From contig JBAXJR010000011.1 of NCBI GenBank assembly GCA_037137755.1, forward strand, positions 1-60,813: a stretch of 60,813 bases of DNA, written 5' to 3'. Position numbers and translations under genes: made by a program. Of the stretch, positions 20,539-30,849 are shown one piece after another. How positions within the stretch are numbered: the first letter of the stretch is position 1; each line of letters begins with the position of its first letter. Source of the stretch: Methanomicrobiales archaeon. Its GTDB lineage: Archaea > Halobacteriota > Methanomicrobia > Methanomicrobiales > Methanospirillaceae. The notes under the pieces are model-generated. The model saw only the letters and a program-made list of their open reading frames with translations, was not told where the DNA came from and searched no databases.

Positions 20539-21402
20539 TCACCGGAAATAGTCCACAATATTCCTGAACAGTTGCATATTCAAAGACTCATCAGGAATAA
20601 CCAAACCATTCCGCTTCATCTGTTCTTTCCTGAGCGGCCAGTCGTAAAGGTTGACGAATTCCATTGCCCGTTCAGGATGTGGCATCAAGCCGAGTACTTT
20701 GTCATCTGCAGACGTGATGCCCGCAATATCTTCGATCGAACCGTTGGGATTGTACGGATACTCACCGTTTGCAGGGGATAAATCCTCACGACAATAGGTG
20801 AATGCGATCATGTTTTGTTCTTTAAGGCGCCGAAGGGTATCCGGTGAGCAGGAGAAGTTACCTTCCCCATGGGCGACCGGGCAGTATATTCGCTCGATCC
20901 CTTTTGTCCACAGGTTTTCCGTGACGGGTTTCAGTGATACAAAACGACATTCGAGCACACCTTTCCGGTTGGGCATCAGTGCGATATCCCGTGCAAGGTG
21001 ATGGTCAAACGCCGGGACCAGCCCGAGGTTTGCGAGGATCTGGAACCCGTTACAGATCCCGAGGACGAGGTTGTCGCCGTCCAGGAACTCCTCAACGTCC
21101 TTCCAGAGGTTGTTCCGGACCCGGTTGGCAAACGCGTTACCGGCCCCGGTATCATCACCATAGGAGAAGCCCCCGGGAAAAACCAGCAGGCGGTACTGCC
21201 CGAGCGTGGTTCTCCCGTCTATAAGGTCATTGATATGGACGATGTCCGACGCCATCCCGGCTCGTAACAATACCTCCTGCGTCTCCATCTCCGAGTTAAT
21301 CCCAAATCCGCTCATTATGAGAGCTTTTTCCGCTATCAGCTCAGGGCCTGGTGAAGTATGCTTTCCCGGTGATGTTTTTGACAGGGCATGTGCATCGGTC
21401 AT
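20539..21402 (-). CDS. purQ: Phosphoribosylformylglycinamidine synthase, glutaminase subunit
   Basis: PGGFSYGD, LGICNGFQ (catalytic Cys), AHGEG, NPNGS, GLMPHPER. Probable start is ATG 21402. Confidence 0.95.
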   Translation of the reverse strand: MTDAHALSKTSPGKHTSPGPELIAEKALIMSGFGINSEMETQEVLLRAGMASDIVHINDLIDGRTTLGQYRLLVFPGGFSYGDDTGAGNAFANRVRNNLWKDVEEFLDGDNLVLGICNGFQILANLGLVPAFDHHLARDIALMPNRKGVLECRFVSLKPVTENLWTKGIERIYCPVAHGEGNFSCSPDTLRRLKEQNMIAFTYCREDLSPANGEYPYNPNGSIEDIAGITSADDKVLGLMPHPERAMEFVNLYDWPLRKEQMKRNGLVIPDESLNMQLFRNIVDYFR

Positions 21403-21406
21403 GCTT

Positions 21407-24340
21407 TCAGTACTCCTTAAACGGTGCTTTATAGGCATTCTCAAGCTCGCTGACGGGTATATCAAGCAGGATGCCTTTTCCGGTGATCCTCAAATTGGTT
21501 CCGGTTACCGTTCCAAGCAGCACCGCATCTTCACCAAGCGTCTGCACGAATGCCTGCCGGTTATCAGGGGACACCGTTACGACGAAGCGGCCGAGGGATT
21601 CGGAAAAAAGGAAATAATCAGGCCGCATTCCGGGGGGAACAGACAGGTCCATGCCAAGCCGACCGGCAATGGCAACCATGCCAAGGGTGACCCCGAGGCC
21701 TCCACGGGCAACCGGGCAGGCCGATGCCACAAGGTCATGAAGGATGGCTTTTGTCAGCCGCTCGTAGCGTACTTTTACCTGTACGGGGTCAAGTGCAGGG
21801 ACGATGTTCCCCACGCTGCCGAGATATGCAAAATATTCCGATCCCCCGAGTTCTTCCTTTGTTCCCCCAATCACGTAGACCAGGTCGCCTTCAATCTTCG
21901 AATCGAGGGAAACGGATTTTACTACGTCCTGGTGGATACCGATGGATGAAATGAGGAGGGTTGGCGGGACCGAGACCTTGACGGGGTTATTATCCGCATC
22001 ATACCCGGAGAAATCGTTGTACATGCTGTCTTTGCCCGAGATGAAGGGCGTGCCGAATGAAGTCGCAACATCGTAGCACCCCTTTGCAGCACGTTTCAAT
22101 TGCCCGAGGCGTTCAGGGTCGTCTGATGAGCACCAGCAGAAATTATCGAGAATTGCAATCGCTTCAAGCGATATTCCTAACGCGATAAGTCCCCGGATCG
22201 CCGTATCTATCCCGGCGGCTGCCATCCGGTACGGGTCTATCTCGGAGTACGAGGGGAACATCCCCTGCGACAACCCGACCCCCTTCTTTGAACCCGGGAC
22301 GACTTTTGTCAGGGTCGCCATTGCCTGAACCCGACCCTTTCCCTGTAAAGGCCCGAGCACGTGGCCACCCTGCACCGTATGATCGTACTGGACGGATATG
22401 AACTCCTTCGAGCAGATATTTTTCCGCCGCAGCATTGCCAGCAACGTAGCGTCCAGGCGGTCAGGGCAGGGAGAATCAGGTTCGTTCCAGGCCTTTTTGG
22501 TATAGGAGGTCTTCAGGTGCTTTTTGGGCAGGCCGTCGTGAAGAAACGCAAGCTCGATGTCCATCACAACATCGCCATGGAATTCCACTACACACCTGCC
22601 GGTGTCCGAAAATTCCCCGATGACCACGGCCTCGACTTCACGCCGTTCCATCAGTTCCATGAAGGCGTCAAGCTTTTCAGGCGGAACGGCTAGAGTCATA
22701 CGCTCCTGCGACTCGGAGATCCAGATCTCCCACGGGGCCATCCCGGGGTACTTCAGCGGGACTTTTTCAAGCGATACCCGGCAACCGTTGCATTCCTTTG
22801 CCATCTCGGCAACCGAACAGGAAATGCCTCCTGCACCGTTATCTGTGATGCTGCGGTAGAGGCCGAGGTCCCGGGCCTCCTTCACGATCACATCAGATAA
22901 CTTCTTCTGGGTAATCGGGTCGCCGATCTGCACCGCCGTCACCGGGCTTCCGGGGTCAAGGGCCTCTGATGAGAAGGTGGCGCCGTGAATACCATCTTTT
23001 CCAACCCTTCCACCGGCAACAACGATGAGGTCTCCGGCCTCTGCCTGTTTCTCGTAGAGCTTCCTGCCCGCATGTTCTCGTGGCATAACGCCGACCGTAC
23101 CTGCGAATACAAGGGGTTTTCCCACGTAGCGGTTGTCGAAATATACCCATCCCTGCGGGGTAGGGATACCTGAGCAGTTGCCGCCGACACCCACGCCATG
23201 GACAACCCCGTCAAGGACCCTCCTCGGGGAGAGGATCGGGTTTGTCCTGTCCCTTCCGCGGAACAGCGCAGGGTCAGACTCAGGGTCGCCTACACAGTAC
23301 CCGTACACATTGATGCAGGGCTTTGCCCCGAGCCCAAAACCAATCGTGTCGCGGTTCACACCGACAATTCCGGTAAGTGCCCCGCCAAACGGGTCGAGAG
23401 CAGAGGGAGAGTTGTGGGTCTCGACCTTGTGGGTCACGAGGTAATGGTCGTCAAAGATAATTGCACCCGAGTTGTCGGTAAATACCGTCAGGCAGATATC
23501 CTTCTCACCTTTGTCTTTCCGGATTTTGTTGGTGGCAGCCTGGATATACGTCTTGTATAACCCGTTCGGCACATCATCATCCATCGCCGAGGCAAAGATC
23601 GTGTGTTTGCAGTGTTCGCTCCAGGTCTGGGCAAGGGATTCCAGCTCTATATCCCTGGGATTTCTTCCCTTCCTGTTGAAGTAATCACGAATCGCGTGTA
23701 ACTGTCCGAGGTCAAGTGCAAGAGGTCCCCTCCTCATGTGTGTCAGGGGATCTTTAATTCCCTCTTTCCCAAGCCGTGAGAGTTCCCGGTCATCGAGGTT
23801 GAGATTTACGTCCCCGGCAGTGAGCAACTCGTGCAGCTGGACAAGCGGGACGACCCTGTCCATCCCGGATATACCGTACTCTTGCCGGGTCTTTACGTGT
23901 ACACGGTTCACGAGGGGGTTTGCAAGAGTAGCTGCAAGTTTCTGCAGAAGTTCGGGGGACAGTTTCCCGGACACAAAAAAAAGCTGGGAAGTATAGACCG
24001 CAACCTCTGCACCAGGGAAAAAGTCCCTGATCGTCTGCCGTGCCGTCGTGCCCACGTTATCCGTAACACCCGGAAGAAAACCGACTTCGATGGCATAATC
24101 GAAATCCGCCATGGTGGGTGTATCGACCAGAAATTCCTGCACCACCGGGTTGATCAGCTGTAGGCCGATCTGTTCAAGTTCTGATGCCGAAAAATCACCC
24201 AAGTTCGTTGCGATTGTATAGACCTCGACAAGGTTCAACTCGTCGATTGGAAAACCCAGCGACAGTATCCGGTCGGTCCGGGTCTTAAGACGGGGGTCCT
24301 TGGTATAGCGGACTTCAATCCGGTGGACGCAGGGGGCCAT
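21407..24340 (-). CDS. purL: Phosphoribosylformylglycinamidine synthase, synthetase subunit (long form, 977 aa)
   Basis: QTWSEHCKH, KVETHNSPS, DGIHGATFSS, DNGAGG, SESQERM, FISGKDS. Confidence 0.96.
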   Translation of the reverse strand: MAPCVHRIEVRYTKDPRLKTRTDRILSLGFPIDELNLVEVYTIATNLGDFSASELEQIGLQLINPVVQEFLVDTPTMADFDYAIEVGFLPGVTDNVGTTARQTIRDFFPGAEVAVYTSQLFFVSGKLSPELLQKLAATLANPLVNRVHVKTRQEYGISGMDRVVPLVQLHELLTAGDVNLNLDDRELSRLGKEGIKDPLTHMRRGPLALDLGQLHAIRDYFNRKGRNPRDIELESLAQTWSEHCKHTIFASAMDDDVPNGLYKTYIQAATNKIRKDKGEKDICLTVFTDNSGAIIFDDHYLVTHKVETHNSPSALDPFGGALTGIVGVNRDTIGFGLGAKPCINVYGYCVGDPESDPALFRGRDRTNPILSPRRVLDGVVHGVGVGGNCSGIPTPQGWVYFDNRYVGKPLVFAGTVGVMPREHAGRKLYEKQAEAGDLIVVAGGRVGKDGIHGATFSSEALDPGSPVTAVQIGDPITQKKLSDVIVKEARDLGLYRSITDNGAGGISCSVAEMAKECNGCRVSLEKVPLKYPGMAPWEIWISESQERMTLAVPPEKLDAFMELMERREVEAVVIGEFSDTGRCVVEFHGDVVMDIELAFLHDGLPKKHLKTSYTKKAWNEPDSPCPDRLDATLLAMLRRKNICSKEFISVQYDHTVQGGHVLGPLQGKGRVQAMATLTKVVPGSKKGVGLSQGMFPSYSEIDPYRMAAAGIDTAIRGLIALGISLEAIAILDNFCWCSSDDPERLGQLKRAAKGCYDVATSFGTPFISGKDSMYNDFSGYDADNNPVKVSVPPTLLISSIGIHQDVVKSVSLDSKIEGDLVYVIGGTKEELGGSEYFAYLGSVGNIVPALDPVQVKVRYERLTKAILHDLVASACPVARGGLGVTLGMVAIAGRLGMDLSVPPGMRPDYFLFSESLGRFVVTVSPDNRQAFVQTLGEDAVLLGTVTGTNLRITGKGILLDIPVSELENAYKAPFKEY

Positions 24341-24647
24341 TACGTAACTTAGTGGATCCTAAATTACAAAATAGGTATCGCAACAGGAGCAACGGGTGAC
24401 GGCACGGTAATAATTATGGGTATGCCCGGCAGGCAAACACATCACAGGCCTGAGCTTTTTCCTGAACAACTACAGGGGGTTAACCCGATTTGAAATCACG
24501 AAAAAAGTTGTCCAGATTTCTAACAATCATGAGGACCAGTGAAATGACATTATACCTCTAAATCACGGTCATTTTCTGGATCTATGGTAATATAATTCCC
24601 CATTTTTTTATCATACCCGGCTGATTATGTATGTTATACTTGCCATA

Positions 24648-24667
24648 ATGTAATGTTTAAATTACAT
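24648..24667. promoter_or_regulatory. Perfect 7-6-7 inverted repeat overlapping a TATA-like box
   Basis: ATGTAAT-gtttaa-ATTACAT, 43 bp upstream of the 24711 start; TTTAAA lies in the centre. Confidence 0.45.
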
Positions 24668-24710
24668 CACCTACTGATTTGTACAGAGAGAGTATCGAAC
24701 AGGTCCGAAA

Positions 24711-25949
24711 ATGATGTCCAGGAATAAACTGAGCGGATTGGCCCTATCAGGAGTTGTTGGCACAGCCATGATTGTACAACCGGTATGTGCTGCAGTCTGC
24801 CCACGAGGTATAGGTGGCTGTGTCTACCCGGGCAGGTGCTTCCTCTTCACCGACGTGGATGGCAATTCACTCTGCGATTATACCCGCACCGCTATAGCCC
24901 AGGCCACTCATACACCAACCCCGGTAATAACCGCACCACCTGTTACCCCGCTAGTGGATACAGTACATGCGGGCCTGGTTGTCACGAACCAGGGTACACC
25001 CGTTTTTTTTGACTTCGCACATGTAAGCCCGGTTGTAGTCGGGGTCCTCCTCTTTCTCCTGACAAGTGCAATTCTTTTCCTGGTTTTCAAGTCGGGCAGG
25101 CGGGGGATGAAATCACTCACCAAAGGGCCTCTCCTGGCGGCCATATTCCTTTTCGCACTCGGGATATCAGAAATTGTCACCTACCTGCTCCAGGGGGGTA
25201 CGGTATCAGGCGTGCCATTTGCACTCATCTACATGCTCGCAGGAGTGCCACTCGTTGCATACCTGTGGAAGACGGGGAATATGGGCAGGTCAATTGCATT
25301 GCTGGTACTCGTACTCAGCATAATCACCGGTTTCGTATTCGTCTCCCCTATTATGCCCATGGAATTCATCGGGCTTATCCGGCTTACTACCGGAAGCGGC
25401 CTGCTGGTCCCGGGGATTATCGGCATCCTGGTCGTGCTTGCCATTTCGCTCCTGGTTGGCAGGATGTTCTGCGGCCATATCTGCCCGGTGGGCACTATCC
25501 AGGAACTCGCGTCACGTGTCCCCCTGAAAAAAATCGATACCGGAAATACAATAATCCCTGAATTAATCAGGTTTACGGTGTTTATCGCGGTTGTCGCCGG
25601 AGGTTTGTACCTCATCGACCTGATGTCGTACACAGGTGTTTATGATTTCTTCAGCCTGGCCCTGACCGCAGGGTTTTTTGTCTTTGCCGCAATCCTCCTG
25701 CTCTCGGCATTCATCTATCGCCCGGTATGCAGGTACCTCTGCCCGTACGGCGTGCTGTTCTCCCTCACATCCCACGTGAGCAGGTACCAGTTGAGACGGA
25801 CAGATGCGTGTATCAAATGCAGGAAATGTGAAAAGGCCTGCCCGGTCCATGTTGCAGAGGCTGGTTCTTCCAAGCGGGAGTGCTACCTCTGCGGGCGTTG
25901 TACAGAAGTCTGCCCGGTAAACGGAGCCATTGTGTACGGGAAAGAGTAA
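24711..25949 (+). CDS. Membrane 4Fe-4S binding protein (NapH/MauN-like)
   Basis: Multiple TMs; GRMFCGHICPVG and CRYLCPYG motifs; two CxxCxxCxxxCP clusters at the C-terminus. Confidence 0.88.
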   Translation: MMSRNKLSGLALSGVVGTAMIVQPVCAAVCPRGIGGCVYPGRCFLFTDVDGNSLCDYTRTAIAQATHTPTPVITAPPVTPLVDTVHAGLVVTNQGTPVFFDFAHVSPVVVGVLLFLLTSAILFLVFKSGRRGMKSLTKGPLLAAIFLFALGISEIVTYLLQGGTVSGVPFALIYMLAGVPLVAYLWKTGNMGRSIALLVLVLSIITGFVFVSPIMPMEFIGLIRLTTGSGLLVPGIIGILVVLAISLLVGRMFCGHICPVGTIQELASRVPLKKIDTGNTIIPELIRFTVFIAVVAGGLYLIDLMSYTGVYDFFSLALTAGFFVFAAILLLSAFIYRPVCRYLCPYGVLFSLTSHVSRYQLRRTDACIKCRKCEKACPVHVAEAGSSKRECYLCGRCTEVCPVNGAIVYGKE

Positions 25950-26069
25950 AACCAGGTAACCCCTTTGTTGGCGGGATTTCCCGCATCTCACTTATCTGGA
26001 CGGGATCTGTCGATCTTTTAAGATTGGTCACCACATCGCTTATCCGCTCACCACGCCCAACTGTCATCT

Positions 26070-26783
26070 ATGGACCCGGTCATATCACGAATCCGGCAGG
26101 ACCTTGAAAACAGCGCAGATCCCGGCACGAAAAAGAGTTTCCAGAGGTTTTTTAAAGAGGATGTGCAGTATTATGGCGTTAAAACCGCGACAGTCGGTAC
26201 CATTGCTAAAAAATACTGGAAAGAGATAAAACTCCGGGACAAGCAGGAGATTTTCCAGCTTTGCGAGGAACTCTATGTATCGCATATCACCGAGGAAGCA
26301 TTCATCGTCTCCAACTGGGTCCCAAAATTAAAAGACCGGTTCGAGCGGGATGACTTCCTGGTTTTTTCACACTGGATTAATACCTATATCTCAAACTGGG
26401 CCATGTGTGACGGTTTCTGCAACCATTCGATGGGCGATTTTATTGAAAAATACCCGGAATTTATCGACGATCTGAAACCCTGGACGAAGTCAGGGAACCG
26501 GTGGGTCAGGCGGGCATCAGCGGTATCGCTGATTATCCCGGCAAAAAACGGGAAATTCCTCGAAGACGTAATCGAAATCGCAGGCCTGCTCCTTACCGAT
26601 ACCGATGACATGGTGCAGAAAGGTTACGGCTGGCTCCTTAAGGAAGCAAGCCGGAAGAACCAGCAGGAAGTTTTCGCATTTGTCATCCGGAACAAAAAAG
26701 CGATGCCCCGGACTGCATTGCGGTATGCCATCGAGCTGATGCCGAAAGAGATGAAGGCAGAAGCGATGAAGAAAGACTGGTAA
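26070..26783 (+). CDS. DNA alkylation repair protein (AlkD-like HEAT glycosylase)
   Basis: NWAMCD, WTKSGNRWVRRAS, DMVQKGYGWLLKEA, RTALRYAIE. Confidence 0.88.
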   Translation: MDPVISRIRQDLENSADPGTKKSFQRFFKEDVQYYGVKTATVGTIAKKYWKEIKLRDKQEIFQLCEELYVSHITEEAFIVSNWVPKLKDRFERDDFLVFSHWINTYISNWAMCDGFCNHSMGDFIEKYPEFIDDLKPWTKSGNRWVRRASAVSLIIPAKNGKFLEDVIEIAGLLLTDTDDMVQKGYGWLLKEASRKNQQEVFAFVIRNKKAMPRTALRYAIELMPKEMKAEAMKKDW

Positions 26784-27119
26784 TATGAAGCACGGCCTGA
26801 CAACATAATCATGCACGGGTAGCAGTACAGGGATTCCCTGCATAAGCATATAGTGGAATTTGCCGCAAAATAAAAAAAATGCAGAACCTGACCAGATATT
26901 AGGAGACCTCTTAGGAAAATCAGGTTCCGGGCTGTTTGTGCGGCCTGTATTCATCAGGAAAACAAATCGCCCATTCCCGCCCGGCATTCAGAATGAACCC
27001 GTGTCTCCTTGAGAGATACCAACCATTACAGGTTGACGGGGTCCTTCACTTTGGATCAGACAGCGGGTGACCTGTCCCATGAGATGTTTTATCGCCTGCA
27101 CCAGAGATGATAATCATTC

Positions 27120-27968
27120 ATGGCAGGAAACAGCAGGCTCAGGAAACTGGTTGGCAGTCCGCTCCGGATCGGACTCGGGGGAGAAGGTGTGCTCAGGACG
27201 ACCAGGAGGGAGCGGGAAGCACGTGCGATGCTCGAGGCGGCATACAGGAACGGGATCCGGTATTACGATTCTGCACCGGCATACGCAGGAAGCGAGCAGT
27301 ATTACGGGCATTTCTGGGATCAGCACCCGGAGTGGAAGGCACTCACATTTCAGACAAGCAAATCCGCCCGGAGGGATGAAGAAGGTGCGAACCAGGACCT
27401 GATGCGGACGCTCTCCCGCATGGGACGTGACCATCTCGGCCTCTGGCAGATCCACGACATACGGGATGATGCCGATATCCGCCAGGTTGAGGCACCGGGG
27501 GGAGCACTCGATGCGTTTTACCAGGCCCGCGAGACAGGAGCAGTCGGGGGTATCGGGGTCACCGGTCACCACGACCCCTCGATCCTGCTGCATGCGGTCA
27601 CAAACTGGGATATCGATTCTGTCCTCCTGCCCATCAGCCCGGTGGAAGTTGCTATCGGAGGATTTTCCGACAGGGTAATACCGGCAGCCCGGGAGCGTGG
27701 TATCGGAGTGATTGGTATGAAAGTAATGGGAGGAGGAAATTATATCTCCCAGGATGGGGGGTTTTCTCCGGAAAACCTGATCCGGTTTGCCCTTTCCCAG
27801 GACGTCGACCTGGTGATCGCAGGATGCTCAACCCCGGGTGAAGTGGAATTTCTCGCAAGGCAGGAAAAAGTGTTTACCCGGATGAATGAGGAGGAGCAGG
27901 CAGAAATGGTTGGATCAGTCCGCCCGTATGCAGAACGGCTGGCGTATTACCGGGGGCTTATCCGATAA
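27120..27968 (+). CDS. Aldo/keto reductase
   Basis: GIRYYDSAPAYAGSE, LWQIH, IGVTGH, GVIGMKVMGGG. Confidence 0.88.
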   Translation: MAGNSRLRKLVGSPLRIGLGGEGVLRTTRREREARAMLEAAYRNGIRYYDSAPAYAGSEQYYGHFWDQHPEWKALTFQTSKSARRDEEGANQDLMRTLSRMGRDHLGLWQIHDIRDDADIRQVEAPGGALDAFYQARETGAVGGIGVTGHHDPSILLHAVTNWDIDSVLLPISPVEVAIGGFSDRVIPAARERGIGVIGMKVMGGGNYISQDGGFSPENLIRFALSQDVDLVIAGCSTPGEVEFLARQEKVFTRMNEEEQAEMVGSVRPYAERLAYYRGLIR

Positions 27969-28059
27969 AAGCCGGGCATTTTCGGATATATGATACCAGT
28001 GGCCACAAACAGAAAATCTATGTACCGGTAACCTGCATATACCGCAGGGAGCAAAGGAT

Positions 28060-28911
28060 ATGAAACGTAACATCATCAGCATCGATGTGAACAAGTGCAC
28101 GGGATGCGGGCGGTGCATCCCCGACTGCCCGGAAGGGGCACTCCAGATCATCGACGGGAAGGCACGGCTCGTAAGCGACCTTTTCTGCGACGGCCTCGGT
28201 GCCTGCATCGGCACCTGCCCGGAGGGAGCAATCTCGGTGATCGAACGGGAAGCGGACGCGTACGACGAAAAAACAGTGATGGAGACAATCGTTCGGCAGG
28301 GTGAGCCGGTGATCCGGGCCCATCTTGAACACCTTGCCGGCCACGGGCAGAAGGACCTGTATCGCCAGGCAATCGATTACCTTAAGGAACACAGTCTTGC
28401 TATCCCGGACCATACAACAACGGAGGGTATCCGGAAGCCGGCCGGGCAAAGTAAGCCGGATTTTGGCAGCTGCCCGGGAAGTGCTTCCCGGAGCATCGCC
28501 CGGGATACCCGGACGGGTCCTCGACAACCTTCCGGGACAACCAGCTCGGAACTGAGACAGTGGCCGGTCCAGCTGAAACTCCTGAATCCGGCAGCCACGT
28601 ATTTTGAAAATGCCGACCTGCTGGTCTCCGTTGACTGCGTCCCGTTCGCTTACGCCGGGTTTCACCAGGATATTCTGCAGGGAAAAATCCTGATAATATT
28701 CTGCCCGAAACTGGATTCCGATATCGATGAGTATATCACGAAACTCGTAAATATCCTGGTCCTTCACACGATCAAGTCGATCACTGTTGTCCACATGGAG
28801 GTACCATGCTGCAGCGGGGTACGATACGTGGTTGACCAGGCACTGGAGAAATCGGGGAAGACAATCCCGGTGAAAGATTTCACGATAACGATCAGTGGAG
28901 AGTTGGAGTAA
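28060..28911 (+). CDS. Ferredoxin-domain iron-sulfur protein
   Basis: CTGCGRCIPDCPEGA and CDGLGACIGTCP; C-terminal CPGS, QWPVQL, CPKLD and MEVPCC. Confidence 0.88.
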   Translation: MKRNIISIDVNKCTGCGRCIPDCPEGALQIIDGKARLVSDLFCDGLGACIGTCPEGAISVIEREADAYDEKTVMETIVRQGEPVIRAHLEHLAGHGQKDLYRQAIDYLKEHSLAIPDHTTTEGIRKPAGQSKPDFGSCPGSASRSIARDTRTGPRQPSGTTSSELRQWPVQLKLLNPAATYFENADLLVSVDCVPFAYAGFHQDILQGKILIIFCPKLDSDIDEYITKLVNILVLHTIKSITVVHMEVPCCSGVRYVVDQALEKSGKTIPVKDFTITISGELE

Positions 28912-28946
28912 CGGGTTTTTTAGTCTGCTGTTCATTAGAGCCCGGG

Positions 28947-29483
28947 TTAAAGAATAGGATCTATCCTGTTCTTTCCAAAATGCACGTACATCACTTCATG
29001 AAGGAGGTCCCCATTTTTCCAGATGGCGTGTTTATGAACTGCTTCACGAAAAAACCCGCATTTCTCCAGTACCCGCATCGAGCCCTGGTTGTTTGAAAAA
29101 ATCCCTGCCTGGAGTCGGACGATATCAAACTGTTCAAAGGCCACCGGTATAAGCGAGGATACGGCGTCAGTTACGATTCCATTCCCCCAATAGGACTCCG
29201 AAAGCCAGTAACCAATTTCAGCCGATCTGCGCCGGACATCATCCAGCAGGTGAATCCCGGTCCCGCCAACTGCCACCCCGTCTATTTCTATCACAAGAAA
29301 GAGGTTTGGCCCGGGGCTTGTTGCTAGGGCGATGAAGCGTTCTGCGTCATCCATTGTGTAGGGACAAGGGAATGAATTTCTCATCCTCCCTGCAATACGG
29401 GGGTTGTCCGCATGTTTTACAAGGGATTCGGCATCATCAATAGTCCAGTCGCGGAGGATTGATTTTTTAGTGACGATTCGCAT
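28947..29483 (-). CDS. RimJ/RimL-type GNAT acetyltransferase
   Basis: AEIGYWLSESYWGNG, NQGSMRVLEKCGF. Confidence 0.9.
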   Translation of the reverse strand: MRIVTKKSILRDWTIDDAESLVKHADNPRIAGRMRNSFPCPYTMDDAERFIALATSPGPNLFLVIEIDGVAVGGTGIHLLDDVRRRSAEIGYWLSESYWGNGIVTDAVSSLIPVAFEQFDIVRLQAGIFSNNQGSMRVLEKCGFFREAVHKHAIWKNGDLLHEVMYVHFGKNRIDPIL

Positions 29484-29774
29484 GGTCAGGTTGGTTTACA
29501 ATTGGAATCTCCTTCTTATTAAGGAATGGAGAATCCCCCATGTTGGGGGCCCCCAAGTTTCGGAAAATTACCAACCAAAAAAAACAAATTTCTCCCGGTT
29601 AACCGACGTGAATAATACGAACAGGATGATGCCGCGTTGTAAGTATATGTTACTATGATCTGCAGGGATTTTGATATCATGGGGGAATACCTCCCTTTTC
29701 CGATTTGTTTCGTATTCCGCCTTTTTTCATTCAGATGGACGGGTAAAAAATGGAATCTGTCGCTGGAGAGGGCC

Positions 29775-30668
29775 TCAATTGTTCACCTGTGTTTCATACA
29801 ACAAAAAATCCAGGACCTCCCCATTCATTTCATGCAGAAATTTTTCACGATTAAAGCCGGGCGGGTCTTGTGAGGGCGGAAAATCCGCATCCGTCATAGA
29901 TTCAGGGAACGGGCTCAGGAATGAAAAATGCCCGGCATTTTTGACAATCCTGCACCTGACCTTTGTCCTGTCAGGGACGCCATCCAGGATAATCCGGGCG
30001 TGATTATAAGGGTAAGGCATATATTCGTCTTTTTCCCCGGTAAGCATCAGGATGGGGACGTCGACCCCTTTCAAGGCCCCCTCTTCCCTGAACCAATAGG
30101 ATGCAGGTGCCAGCAGGACCAGTGCCATTACCCGGCGATCAGGTGTTACGTTAATCTGCCGGGAATTTCCATCAGTTGACTCGCGGGGAAACGAAGCCGG
30201 CACGCCGCCTGCTACGGCTAATGCCGTATATCCACCCATGGAATGACCAATGATTGCAACTGAGTCCGGCTTTTGTAATCCCGCAAATTTCCTGCTCGTG
30301 AAAAACCAGTTTATCGCCACGGTGACATGCCACGGCCTTTTGACCAGATTGTCGACCTTATTCATCAGTGAATTGTCGTTCCGGTTATTACCCGGGTGCT
30401 CCGGCATCCCGACGATAAAACCGTTGCGTGCCAGGTGATGAGCAAGCGTCCAGTACGCGAGATGTGACCCTCCGCTTCCGTGAGAGATTATTACCAACGG
30501 ATATATACCTTCTTTGGGTTCGGCGTCCTTCGCGAGATCCATGATATACCGGCCCAGATTTTCTGATTTCCCGTGCATAAATGTCGGATACATGACCGCC
30601 ATTGGAAATGTCACGTCATTGTGCTCATCAACGAGATCGACTGAACAATAACCGACAAACGTATCCAT
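29775..30668 (-). CDS. Alpha/beta hydrolase (predicted dienelactone hydrolase-like)
   Basis: SHGSGG, nucleophile GHSMGG, GEKD, AGHFSF. Confidence 0.88.
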   Translation of the reverse strand: MDTFVGYCSVDLVDEHNDVTFPMAVMYPTFMHGKSENLGRYIMDLAKDAEPKEGIYPLVIISHGSGGSHLAYWTLAHHLARNGFIVGMPEHPGNNRNDNSLMNKVDNLVKRPWHVTVAINWFFTSRKFAGLQKPDSVAIIGHSMGGYTALAVAGGVPASFPRESTDGNSRQINVTPDRRVMALVLLAPASYWFREEGALKGVDVPILMLTGEKDEYMPYPYNHARIILDGVPDRTKVRCRIVKNAGHFSFLSPFPESMTDADFPPSQDPPGFNREKFLHEMNGEVLDFLLYETQVNN

Positions 30669-30849
30669 ATTCTTCCATCTGATATCCGGGCTGTGGAATT
30701 TTAAAGGTATGTCTCATGGAGGACTAGTGAGAAACGGACGACTGGGCGTTTGTTACCCGACCGGATACCACTATAAAGGGGATCCGGGGGTACCCTGATA
30801 CCGGGACGCTTCCGGGCATGAGCGATTTTAATCTGAATCACCGGAATTC

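Noticed and set aside
19624-21402. purQ TGA is in frame with the downstream 300-codon frame, suggesting readthrough or selenocysteine
   Set aside because: PurQ is complete at its normal C-terminus, the position is not a catalytic Cys site and no SECIS-like element was recognised. In-frame abutment has a 1-in-3 chance.
28018-28935. 305-aa minus-strand ORF
   Set aside because: Antisense shadow of the well-supported Fe-S gene 28060-28911.
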